A stretch of 64,000 nucleotides of DNA, from positions 37,200,001-37,264,000 of the forward strand of contig NC_067401.1 of the NCBI RefSeq assembly GCF_016432865.1. The letters are read 5' to 3'. The position numbers were made by a program, and so were the translations under genes. A model generated the notes under the pieces. The model saw only the letters and a program-made list of their open reading frames with translations. It was not told the origin of the DNA and ran no database searches. The stretch is from Antechinus flavipes (Eukaryota). Every line of letters begins with the position of its first letter. Position 1 is the stretch's first letter. Shown here one piece after another: positions 50,507-62,668 of the stretch.

Positions 50507-53500
50507 AGTTTTCAAAATCATATCTTTTTGTTGTGATTTAAATGTCCATTGGGGATGAGGGGTTCAGGGGAAGGGGTTCTGTTCTTATATAAGATTGGTG
50601 TAGCATCATTGGACAACCCGAGTTCTGTAATTGCTCTGTGAGTTGAATGTACTGCCATCTTACTTTGAGTCAGCAGGTTGACTCCTCAAATCCCAGATTG
50701 ATCCCTACTGTGAAGTAAGCTTCCAGGAACAGAGAAGCAATATGGCTACTGCTCTGATCTCATAAGACCATTTGGGAATCTTGTGGTCTGTTGGTAATCA
50801 CAGTTTCAGAGGAACATTTGGGTAGCTGGACATTGTCTATAGAAAGGCAATCAAAGATGTCAGGTGCCTAGAATCAAAAAAAGATTATTAGAAGGAACTA
50901 GAGACAGTCAGTGGGGAAAGAGAAGACCCATGATTTCTACTTTTAAGTATTGGAAAAATTGAGATGAGTGCTCTCTAGGACTCATGGATAGAAACAAAGG
51001 CAAAGGACGTGATTTGTTAGGATCTAAATTGGTCCTGACATTAGGAAAAACAAGACTGATAGCTCTCCATAGTGAAATGGACTGTGTTAAGGTGTTGTGA
51101 GATCCCTTTCCCATGTAGGTTTGTAAACAGAAGCTAGGTGACCATCCACAAAGAATGTGATAGTGGGGATTTTTTCGGTCACTTGTTTGAGTAGATAACT
51201 ATTTTTTTTGTTATTGTTGCTCAGTTATTTCAGTTATATCTAACTCTTTGTGAATCCCTTTGGCATTTTCTTGGCAGAGATATTGGAGTCATTGGCCATT
51301 TTCTTCTTCTGTTTATTGGACAGATGAGGAGACTAAGGCAAACCAGATTAGGTGACTTGCCCAGGCTCACACAGCTAGAAAGTGTCCGAGCTTAGGAAGA
51401 TGAATCTGGCTCATTCCATGACCAGTATTCTACACACTATTCCATATATATGTTCCTGAAATGCATCCGGTTTTCCTTGGAGTTTCCAATTGGCCTTTGT
51501 CAAGTATTAAGTATGTGATCTTTGTCAATTCCTTCAAGATTTAATCTTCAAGGCTATTCCTTAAAATAATTTAAGCCAACAGATCCCTAAGTCTGACATG
51601 AAATAACAGGGAACATTCTTTAATATCCATAAAATGCTCTATTGAGCAAAGGTTGTGTAGTATTCATTGCTGATTTTGATTAGTTATGATGGTGATAGGT
51701 GGGCAGTGATATCATCTCCCTGCACTGTCTGCAACATGAGCTTTTTGAGGAAATGAAGTCTCAAGGGAGATTTGACAGGAATTGGGAAGGAAAATGAGTT
51801 CATAGTAGACTTTCTGCCCTCTAATGTACTTGGATTTGGAAATCCAAATCCTTGATCCTGAATTCCAGAACTTTCATTCAAAGGGGCATTTTGAAGTCTC
51901 CAAAGAACTGAATTTTCTCCCAACAACCCATGTGAAATAGGGAGAAGGACTATATTTATTTCCATTTAATGGAAGAGGAAAGTGAGGTCTGAAATATTAA
52001 GTGACTTTTCCACAATCATACAGCTGTGAAATATTCAAGGCTGAGTTCCCACACTGCTCTACACTTTGAACAATAGCATAATTTGTATCTACCAGGCTAA
52101 TTTGGAATGGTCACCACAGGCAATAAGAGGAAATCAATCCTGTTCTCCTCCTAAAAGTTGAATGGGTCATAAAATAGCCCTGGAGGGAAAAACCCAAGTG
52201 AGGGAAGCCCAAAGAGGTACCTGTACATTTCTTGATCTCCTTTAATAATTGAATTTTATTTGTCAATGGAGATTTTACACCATGAGTTTCTGAATGTCTG
52301 TTATAGCTTGAAACAAAGCTTTTAACATGAAGGGGGAACAAGGTCAGCAAAACTTTGGGAATGTAAAGGATTAGGAAAGTGGAGGGTCAGTGTCTATAGA
52401 CTGAGCATGATTGGATGACTTTCCAGGCTTTCTTTGTAGGCTAGTCAGTATTAGGGGTAGGATTTTGACCTCGTTCTCCCTGCCTCAAATTCAACCATTT
52501 ACCCATTGCAATACACCACCTCTGCACAAAGGCAGAATCTGACTCAGTTGTATGTGAGTGGGAGCCTTGTTTCAGTCTACAATTCAAGGAAAAAGAAGTT
52601 TTCTTTCTATCTGTAGACAAGAGGGGATGTTAAAGCTCAGATTTGATTCTTCTCTCTATTTTCTTGGATCAGGAGTGTATAGTGAAACCTTTTTTCTTTC
52701 TCTCTTTCCTTCATCTCTCAGAGCTCCTGTGTTCTATTGAAAAATCTAAATAAGCTTTTTCTATAGCTTTACTTAGCACTGAACTTGTGATTCTCTTTTG
52801 AGGATATACTCCTATGACATTCCCATATTGGATCTCTATATTCTCTTGGATCTCTCTATGTCTCATGTCACTCAATTTAGCTAGTATGTCACTAAGGAAC
52901 AAACTCATGACACAGAAGGAAGAGGAAGCCCCGAGCCCAGAGAGTAGCCACAGTCCAAACCTAACAAATCAGGGTTGGGTTCTATAACCCCATCCACTCA
53001 CCAGAAGGAAGTGATATGCAGGCTCTTGTCAGAGTGTCTCTCAACTTGCCATGACTTTCACATTTCATTCATTAACTATTTTTTATTCTGAATAATAAGA
53101 TCCAGAAATGTAAACATTTCTACATATGAAGAATAGAAAAGTGAAGGGTGTATGAATCTGTGACCTTTTTTTGAATATACTCTTGTGTTTTCAGGAACAC
53201 AACTTGTGCTGAGTTTATCACAACAGTAAATCAATCCCCTTACTTGTCTCTCCTTCTAGAATTCCTTTTCTCCTCTCAATTTTCATTATTTCTCTTTCTT
53301 TCTTTTCCTCTTAGTTTTGCATTGCTGTCAGTTGCCTCAAAGGAGTCTTCCTATAAAAGAGAATGTGTATAATCAAAGAAAAGTGATATCCATGGGTCAA
53401 AATATCTACCTCATGTGGTATTTTGCATCCATCACCTCACTAGAAAAAGGGGGAAATTGGCTTCATCTTCAGTCTTCTGCTGGAAAGATTACTTATTGCA

Positions 53501-53639
53501 GGGAGATAGTCATGTGATTTTGTTCTCATTGAAAATATTTCACTCATTTGCTAGTTCTTCTCCAGATTCTGGTTACTTCATAAGCATTCATTCATAAATT
53601 CAGAAAAATTCATTCAGGAGCAAGTGAGCATGGATACAG

Positions 53640-54070
53640 GGTGTTTAGCAAATCCTCGGAAATCAGGCAGCTGAGTCTGGAAAGCAGCCAGAGAGAAACT
53701 GAGCTTAGACCGATATGTTACATCATAGACAAGAAACTGGAAGTCGGAAACTGAAAAAGGAGCCCAGGAAATGTAAGGCTGTGCAAGGGCTGAGGTTTGG
53801 CTCCTCAGTGTAGTTTCCTCATGGGAGGTAGAGTGGAGAGGACAGAGAGAGGAGAATTGCGTGTGTGGTGGTGTGACAAGGATGCTGTGGGGGAAGAAAC
53901 AAACTAGAGATGGCATCAGAGAATGATGAAGCAAGTGCAAAACCAGTTAGGAAGGAGAGTGAGGATGGCTTTTGATTTGAATGAGTAAGCAGCATGATCT
54001 GCATACAACTTGGCTATCACAGCTGCCTGGGTTTCAGGAGTGTAGACTTAGGACTTGAAGGACCATTAGT
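53640..54070 (-). pseudogene. Inverted remnant of the chemokine promoter/upstream region
   Basis: Paralog of 46930-47370; reverse complement aligns to 55125-55460. Confidence 0.75.
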
Positions 54071-55447
54071 TGTCTTGGACAACTATCCTCCTTATGCAGG
54101 AAAAAACACTGGGGCCCAGAGAAAGGGCTTTTTCCATTTGGTGACTCCAGAGGCAAGTTCTGTCTCACCCTACAAGTCATTTGTTAATTCCAGTAGTGAG
54201 AGGCGAGTCCTGTCCCATCCTACAACTTGTGAACAGGTTAAAGAGTACCAATATCTCCACACCCATCTCCATCTTCCACTCATGAATTATTTTCTCTTTA
54301 ACATGAGTTCTATTTTTATTGGATAAACCAGCCTCTGCTAATATCTATGTTCATTATGTTCATTATTAAAACTGCCCCCTAAATTCTGGTCATTGTTTCA
54401 TATGTACCCACCTCCCCAGAGATTCACTCTCTTTTCCCTCGACAGGATAGTCTTTGATTTTCTCAAACCCTCTCTGAAATCAGAAGTCCTAAAATTGAGT
54501 CTTGAACATATCACTTCCTGGTTATGAAAATTTGGACAAGCCATCCAGCAAGAATTGATAATTATAGAGCAATTAGTCTACAAGTGATATAATTAAAATG
54601 TTGACTGGAGGCAATATGAGGTGAAAGATCAGAGCTAATAAGTGTCATGGGATCAGGACTCATGTTCTTGACTTCAATTCTCTGTCCACTCTAGGTCAAG
54701 TTCCTAAATAGATGACACATAAGAATATCATTTCTACCTGCTTTGTAAGGTTACTGTAAAGATGATATGAGATAATCAGTGTCATAATCTTTTGTATCCT
54801 TAAACTGTCAAATTGTTGCAAATTAGAAGCATCACACAACAAAGCAGACAGAGAGTTGGAATCCTCATTTCATCGACTGGCTTGTGATCCCCATTTCTAC
54901 ATGAATTCTCCCTGAGTGTTCTTAAAAGAATAATGTAGGTTTCTCCATATGGATCATGGTCTGTCAATACAAAGATATGGAATCAGGAGATCTGGAAATA
55001 TATCTAGAATCTGTTTCTAACCACCAGTGTGATCTTGGACAAGTCACTTTTTTCTTAAACAGAAGTTTTTGTTGGTTTTTAAAAATTATTATTTTGCTGG
55101 AACATAAATGTTGAAGCAGAATTATCCTTCTAATTCTAAATCTACAATGGTAAAATCTAGGCAGTTATGATATCAAACAGTATGAAGGTCAGATTGAATA
55201 TTCTTTCATGTTCTGGCAAGAAAACTCTCTTTCCTATTGTTTTTGCATAGGTTTCATCTGTCTCTGCAACTATTACAAGTTCACCACTTCCCCCTTAGCA
55301 CCCTTGCCACTCACCACAGGCAGACATCTTCCCTCTTCATCCCCCCTCCTATTTCCCCCACAGTGAAGCTGTCCTGGGGTGAGAACCTCGGGCCTTGACA
55401 GAAGCCTTAGAATTCCTGGGCTCAGTTTTACTTTCCATCTCCTACCA

Positions 55448-55525
55448 TGACATCACTTCTCCACCGGAATTTCCATTTCTGTTTTATGCTTTCTTTCTGG
55501 GATTTCCCAGATGCCCCTATAAAAA
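55448..55525 (+). promoter_or_regulatory. Promoter of chemokine 4
   Basis: TGACATCA 55448-55455, GGAATTTCC 55466-55474, TATAAAAA 55518-55525. Confidence 0.75.
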
Positions 55526-55613
55526 GAGGGTCCAAGCATGAGCCAGAAGCACAGATCTCCAGAATCTTTCAGCCTGTGCCCTGATCCACCAGTTCCTTTC
55601 TCCTCTCAGGATC

Positions 55614-56885
55614 ATGAAAGTCTCTGTGGCTGCCCTCTCCATCCTCATGCTCATGGCCTTCAGCTCTCTGGCATCCTCTGCACCAAGTAAGTGAACTTCC
55701 TTCTGCCCTTTGTGGCTGTGCCCAGGGGGAGGTCATGGGCTGGATAGATCCTTGCTCTAACCACAGGGATCATCTTAACTTGAGAAGGAGGAGTCCTGAA
55801 AGGGAAGGGTAGGATTTATGTGCCTTGGATTCCAAAGTATTCACCTGCCCTTGACAGTATTTGCTTGTTAAATGTTAGATGGAAATAGGAGAGGGCACTA
55901 GGTTGAGTTCTGTGTCTGGCTGAAGTCTCATTCTGGCTCTGCCACTAATTACTCATATGGTTCCTAGCAAGCAGCTTTCTTGCCAAAGGCAGGAATTGTC
56001 TGAGCAAACCTGTGAGATTCTTTCTAGCTCCCAAGCTATTTTTGTTCAAAATGTACACAGTGAGCACGGGAGCTGCTCTTCAGATTATCCTCCAGGCATA
56101 GTGAGAATCACACTCGGTACTGGAGGGAAGTGAGGTAAGGGAGACATGAAAGTACGGGTCCCCTGTGCGCCTAATGCAGAGAGGGTCCCTGGGATGGAGT
56201 CTGCAGCTAAGGAAGAGAAGGTGTGGACATGTGATCTCACCAATCTCCTGCCTCCCTTCTCCTCTTTCCAGTGGGCTCTGACCCTCCCATCTCCTGCTGC
56301 TTCTCCTATGTCAGCCAACAGATCCAGAGAAAATTTGTGACAGACTATTATGAGACCAGCAGCCTGTGTTCCCAGCCAGCTGTGGTGTGAGTATCTTTCT
56401 ACTGAAATTCTCCAGGGGATACAGGGAGAGGTTGGAAAGAAGAAATGGGACCATTGGGCTATTTGGTCAAAGAGATGAATCAGGTCACCCAGGTGACAGC
56501 TGGTGACAAGGAAAAATAGCTCCCCAGGTTGTCTCTGGCTCTATGGAGCTACTTACCCAGCTGATGCAAGAGAAATTTTATTTCAAGAAGGGGCTTCCTG
56601 AGACACTCCCCAGTGGATAAGTCTCTAGAGAGAATGAAATTGACTCAGAAGGGTCTGAGAGATATTTCTAGAGATGAGAATTTTCCCTTCTGTCCCTGCA
56701 GAGATGTGCAGGAAGCGGTCAGTGCTGGACATGGAGGGAACAGAAAGAAACACCTCTTCTTCCATGATTCTTAATGTATCCTCTCCTCCCTCCCCAGGTT
56801 CCTGACCAAAAGGGGCCGGCAGGTGTGCGCCAATCCCACTGATGCCTGGGTGCAGAGTTATGTGGAAGATCTGGAGCTGAACTGA
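55614..56885 (+). CDS. CCL4: CC chemokine 4, CCL4-like (co-ortholog), 3 exons, 91 aa
   Basis: Exons 55614-55686, 56272-56386, 56798-56885. [91 protein letters not shown]. Confidence 0.96.
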
Positions 56886-57181
56886 GGGGCTCAGAGGCCT
56901 GAAACAAGAGATCTTTCTGGGAAAGGGACCAAGCTGAGGAATTCCCCAGTCAGATGCATTCTCCCCAAAGTCCAGTTTTTTTTGAGATGCTTTCCCTTAT
57001 TATAATTCATTCTTCTCTGTGAGAATTTATGTAAATTATTTGGTGGCACCTTTGGTTATTTATTAGTACTATTGTTCCATTTCTGGAATATACCTGTTCC
57101 CCATGGGGACTTCTCTTGGATGCTTATGTGCTATTAATTAGAATCCTGAAATCATTTGCTTGATTCCATGAACATCTATAG

Positions 57182-57187
57182 AATAAA
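57182..57187 (+). terminator. Poly(A) signal of chemokine 4
   Basis: AATAAA. Confidence 0.7.
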
Positions 57188-57639
57188 AATTTGAGAGTAA
57201 AACTTTTTAAGGATTGATCTCTTTGCCGTGGATTCAATGTTATTTGGGGTTAAGGGATTCAGGAAAAGGGATTCTATTCTTATCATATAAGATTCATGTA
57301 GCATTATTGGACAATCAAAGGTTCACAATAGTTCTGTGACTTGAATGCACTGTCATCCCTTAGTTTTGCTTTGTTGTCAGTTGCTTCAAAGGTGTCTTCC
57401 TACATAAGAGACAGTATAATCAAAGGAAAGTGATGATCATAGGTCTCATGTGGTATTTCTCATTTATCACCTACCCAGCAAAAGGGGGAAACACCCTTCA
57501 TCTTCAGTCTTCTGCTGGAAAGATTACTTATTGCAGGGAGAGAGTCATTTGAATTTGTTCTCATTGAAAATATTTCACTCATTTGTTAGTTCTTCTCCAG
57601 ATTCTGGTTACTTCATTCAGAAACAGAAGCAAGTAAAGA

Positions 57640-58090
57640 TGGATGCAGGGTGTTTAGTAAACCCAAAGAAATCAGGCAGTTGGGTCTGGAAAGCAGCCAA
57701 GAGAAATTGAGCTTAGACCAATATGACACATCATATACTACAAGAAACTGCATGTGTCATGATGGAAGTTGGAAAAGGAGCCCAGAAAATGTAAGGCTGT
57801 GGAAGGGCTGAGGTTTGGCTCCTCAATGTAGATTCCTCATGGGAGATAGAGTGGAGTGGAAAGAGAGAGAATTGTGTGTGTGATGGTGTGACAAGGATGC
57901 TGTGGGGGAAGAAACAAACTAGAGATGGCAACAGAGAATGATGAATAAGATGCAAAACCAGTTAGGAAGGAGAGTGAGGGTGGCTTTTGATTTGAATGAG
58001 TAAGCAGCATGATGTTCATACACCTTGGATATCACAACTTCCTGGGTTTGAGGAATGTAGACTTAGGCCCTGGAGGACCATTAGTTGTCT
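57640..58090 (-). pseudogene. Inverted remnant of the chemokine promoter/upstream region
   Basis: Paralog of 53640-54070. Confidence 0.7.
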
Positions 58091-58659
58091 TGGGCAATAC
58101 TTTCCTTATGGAAGAAAAAACACTGCAGACCAGAGAAAGGGCTTGTTCCATTTGGTGATGTTAATAGTGAGAGGCAGGTCCTGTTCTGGTCCTAGATCTG
58201 CTAACTCCTGTTCAGGATAGGAAAGTTTCATTTTAAACATATTTCAGGACAATTGAAGGAGCTGCCTGTCCCACTCTACCACTTCTGAACACATTAAAGA
58301 GTACTGTTATATTCACACCCATCTCCATCTTTCACTCATACCTTGTTTTCTCTTCTTTAACATGAATTCTATTTTTATTCGATAAAATAGCACCTGCTGA
58401 TATCTATGATTGCTCTGTGCTTAAAATTGCTCCATAATCGAAGTCCTTGTTTCATATGTTTTAAAGTGTGTCATAAGGTGATAGATAAGAAGTCTTAAGC
58501 AACTAGTCAATCCCACCCTTTAGGGTAAATTAGGAAAAATCCTTGGATGAAGTGTGAAGACAGAAGGAGTGTTTTGATTGGCTGAAGAAATATATTCATA
58601 TCTTCTTTCTCTTATCAATCAGAAGCTCAGAGAGGGTGAGGAAGATGGGAAGTGGAGGT

Positions 58660-58970
58660 TAAGAGAGAGAATGATAGATAAAACTAGATTGGAAAAGAGA
58701 GAAAGAGAGAAACAGACAGACAGACAGACACATGGACAGACAGAGACAGATAGAGATACAGAAACAGAAACACACATACAGCCAGAAAGAGACGTAGACA
58801 GAGACATGCACAGAGACAGAGAGATGCAGAGATTGACAAAGACAGAGATAGGGACAGAAAAAAAGAGACACAGAGAGAATAAGAGAGAGATAGAGAGAGA
58901 CACACATAGAGACAGAGAGTCGGAAGAGATTGACAGAGATAGAAAGAGACAGAGAAACAGAGACACAATA
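58660..58970 (+). repeat. (GA)n/(GACA)n low-complexity tract
   Basis: Directly visible; source of spurious ORFs. Confidence 0.9.
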
Positions 58971-61144
58971 TCAATGTACAATGTACAAATAAGTATTATC
59001 AAACATAACAAATAATGGTTACAATGTTTGCCCCGTTCTAGTGCTCTCTAGTCTATGTACAGTCAGACAAAAGTGGGAAGCAAATTTTATCATCAGTCTT
59101 TTGAAAAACACGATAAATCATCTCAATGTTCAGCATACTCACTAAGTTCCACTGATATTTTGCAATCATTGCATAAATTCTTCCCCTGTTTCCTTTTTAC
59201 TAAACTCTCACACAGAAGCAGAAAAAATGAAAGAACATACTATGGTATATATGGGTAAGAACTTGAATCTGCTGGGAAAATAGATTTAGACCCAGATTTC
59301 ACACCATATACTTCAAGAAGCAATTTCATCAGGAATAAAATGGAGATTAAAACAATAAACCTGCCTTTCTCAGAAGCCAAGAAAATTTATCATGCTTAAT
59401 TGAAATCTTTAGGGCAAAATTAGGTGGGGTCATTAGATGGCGCAATGGATAGAGTATCAATCCTAGAGTCAAGAGAACCAGAGTTTAAATCCAGCCAGCC
59501 TCAGACTTTTATTAGGCATGTAACTTTAAAGAAATCATTTAAGTTCACTATTTTCTTTAGAAAAAAATGAAGTGGAATTGTAGATGTCAAGGTACTTTGT
59601 GACTTAACTTAAAATGTTATATAAATGTATGCTGCTAATATCATCACAGATGGAAGAATAGGCTGGGTCCTCAGAGTTCTCATTCCCCACGTCTGTTGAT
59701 GAGCAGCATTTGCAACAAATTCTTCCATGGTTCCTCTGGTGAAACCTGGAATCTGAGAAGTTAAAGTTATATATGCTTTGTCAAATAATTCCTGAGTATC
59801 TGCCAGCTGGCACAAGAGAAGCAACAGGTGAAGGGAGGATATTGATCTTTGTGTACACATTATAAACACACACACATACACACACATATATGTGTACATC
59901 TATATCTATTTATCTATCTAGAAAATTTATTATAAGAGTGAAACGAAAGCACACAATTTCTTTTTAGCCTGGGTAGGTGAAATCATGTCTCAACCCACCT
60001 TTGAACCAGAATGACTTTACACATGAATTATGTTAGGATAGTTCAAGAACACAACCTCAGCCTAGGGATCAAATATGAATTATCAAGGGAGTTGAGAAGA
60101 GATAAATTCCAGAAATTGCACCAAGTGTGGTTTCCTTGCTTTCCAAGAATACCTCTGCTATGCAGGAGGAAATGTCTAAGGAGAGATTTTGAATTAAACC
60201 TTGATCAGGTATGTTTACTACTCCTAAACTACATCCCTGATTTGGCTAGAAGAATAGCAAGTATAGGTAGATTACATCATGTATGGGTATAATATTTCTG
60301 GAAGATTTTGGACTTCTTATTTTTCCATTATTTTCTATCAATGTCCTTGTTTCATTATGGTCTACATCACAAACCAAGAAGATTTATCACGCTTAATGGA
60401 ACTATTTAACTAGTCCATGAATAGAAAAAACTTTCCAGCAACCAGAGGCTATGATGTATACCTTTGTCACAAGTACAACTCGCAGTCATCAAGTTGCCTA
60501 ATCATCTCTACACTCTTTAAGCTGAAGCCCATTTTCCCCTTGATTCTGGATGCTCTTCTGGGAGAGTGTGTCCCAGATTTTTGAAAGATGCTTTGTATCA
60601 GCTGTTTTTAGGGTATTACCATAGCTAATACATTATTGCAAAAACTGCTTAAATCTGCATGATTCAATTAATTCTCAACTGATAATCTCAAAAAGAAACT
60701 AATTCATTGATGCTGCAGTTTATGGAACTAGGGGATAATATTTGAATCTTCTGAAGGAGCTTTTATAAGCTAAGGTAGGGTGTAAAGATGGGGAAAATAT
60801 AGAGTCAAGTTCAGCAGACTCATCAGTGGAACTGAGTGTTTGGATAAAGAGCCATAGAGGATACATAGCCTATAACCAATGAGAAGTTTAAACTAGATGA
60901 TCAGTAAGGACCCTTCTAGATCTAAATCTATAATTTTAGAATCTAGGTGGCATGTGGAACTCATTGTGAGTGCCAACTTCTCATTGATGATTAACATTAC
61001 TATCCTTCTTATTTAGCTTTGCCCATTTCTGCTACTATCTCAAGTTTATCACATCCCCACTGAGCACCCATCTCCACTTCTCAACACCTTCTCTCTTCAT
61101 TCCTTCTCCCTGTAAGACCCCCCTCCACATACACACATACAAAA

Positions 61145-61299
61145 TGATGAAACTGCAGTGAGGAAGAAAATGTCAGCTCTTGATAGCAACTTTGCATTTT
61201 AATTTCTGATTTTTCACAATGACATCATCTCTTTCTTAGGATTTCCATTCATTTTCTGTTGGTTCCCTCTTTTCATGAACTCCCAAAACCCTATAAAAA
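61145..61299 (+). promoter_or_regulatory. Promoter of chemokine 5
   Basis: TGATGAAAC 61145-61153, TGACATCA 61220-61227, variant kB site AGGATTTCC ~61238-61246, TATAAAAA 61292-61299. Confidence 0.7.
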
Positions 61300-61384
61300 G
61301 GGGACCCAAACATGAGATAGGCACACAGCTGCGTGTCTCTCAGCCTGTGCTCTGCTCCTCCAGCACTTCTCTCCTCTCAGGATC

Positions 61385-62668
61385 ATGAAGTTCTTTGTGG
61401 TTGCACTCTTCATCCTCATGGTCATGGCCTTCAATTTTTCCAAATCCTCGGCAATAAGTAAGTGAGCTTGTTCCTACTGTTTGTGGCTTTGCCCAGGTTC
61501 TGCTTGTAAGCTGGACAGAGCCTTGATCAGAGACAGCCATAGTGTGATCAAAGGAGTCTGGTGAGGGTGTAGAGGGGAGTGAAGATGTAAGAGGTTTTCT
61601 ACAGATTTGGGGCTTGAAAGCATTAACATGCTCTTGACAATGCTGTTTGACATGTAAGTTCAAGGCAGGAGAAAAGAGAAGGAGCACCAGATTGTCTTCT
61701 AGTCCAACGAGGTTCTAGTTCTGACTTTGATACTACATACTCTTGGTTTCTGCAGCAACTGGCTTCCTCTATAACAGATTGGATTTGCATGAGCAGATCT
61801 CTGCCATACTTTCTAGCTCTCCTATGACAGTTTTCCCTAGGTTCCTTTATGGAAACAAGAAGAACAGGTCTGACTCTCCTCGAGGTGCAATGGGAATCAG
61901 ACCTGGTGCTGGAGAGCACCAGGCTTAGGGAGACATGAAGGAGCATACCTGATGAAAAGCATCTAAGGAATGTGCAATATGAGGGTATGGCTGTACTAAC
62001 TTAAGGCAACTCTTTCCTTTACAGCGAGTCCCACCGATCCTGGTACCTGTTGCTTCAACTATGTCAAAAACCAGATTCCCAGAAAATTTGTGATTCACTT
62101 TTATGAAACCAACAGCCAGTGTTCCCAGCCAGGTGTGGTGTAAGTATCTATTCCCTGAGTCTACTTAAAGGATAAAGAGGATAAAGGAATGAAAAATGAA
62201 ACCATTTGAGAATTTGGCCAAAGAGGTCCCTGAGGCAATTCTGGTGAGGCTGTGGATAAAAGTCAGGGCAGTAGCCCCTGTGGTTCCATGCCCAGGTTTG
62301 GTTCTTCCAGGAATAACTGCCTCCAAGTGCTAGGGATAAATGGAAGGAGGCTAACAAAATCTCTCCTGGGCATGTCTCTAGAAAGAGACAGATGGACTCA
62401 ATAGGTCTGATGGAGGTTTCAGAAAATGGGCAAGTGGTTCCTTAATCCCTTCCAGACATTTAGAGGAAGTTGGGAAGTGAGCAACTGAGTAACCTTTCCT
62501 TCATCTCCAGCTGACAAGCTTCTTGGTCTCTCATCTCTTCTCTCATTCCACAGGTTTGTGACCAAAATGGAATGGGATATATGTGCCGACCCCAAAGATG
62601 CCTGGGTTCAGAATTATGTGAATGACCCAAATTTAAAGGCCTCAGGAGTCCAGAAAAATGAATCATAA
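61385..62668 (+). CDS. CC chemokine 5, divergent CCL3/CCL14/CCL16-like, 3 exons, 100 aa with C-terminal extension
   Basis: Exons 61385-61457, 62025-62139, 62554-62668 (GT-AG, 73+115+115). MKFFVVALFILMVMAFNFSKSSAITSPTDPGTCCFNYVKNQIPRKFVIHFYETNSQCSQPGVVFVTKMEWDICADPKDAWVQNYVNDPNLKASGVQKNES. Confidence 0.93.

Larger units (their letters stand above)
44290..57360 (+). repeat. Tandem segmental duplication, ~6.7 kb period (44290-50650 vs 51950-57360), with a partial further copy 57360-58460
   Basis: Long colinear near-identity, e.g. 44300-45900 vs 51960-53530 and 46875-50650 vs 53548-57360; ATG spacing 48925 to 55614 = 6689 bp. Confidence 0.93.

Noticed and set aside
51832-51851. Near-palindrome GGATTTGGAAATCCAAATCC
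   Set aside because: Short, not conserved in the paralogous region near 39860-39900; no functional support.
58578-59015. ORFs of 82-145 aa rich in R/E/D or L/S/C
   Set aside because: Translations of a (GA)n/(GACA)n tract.
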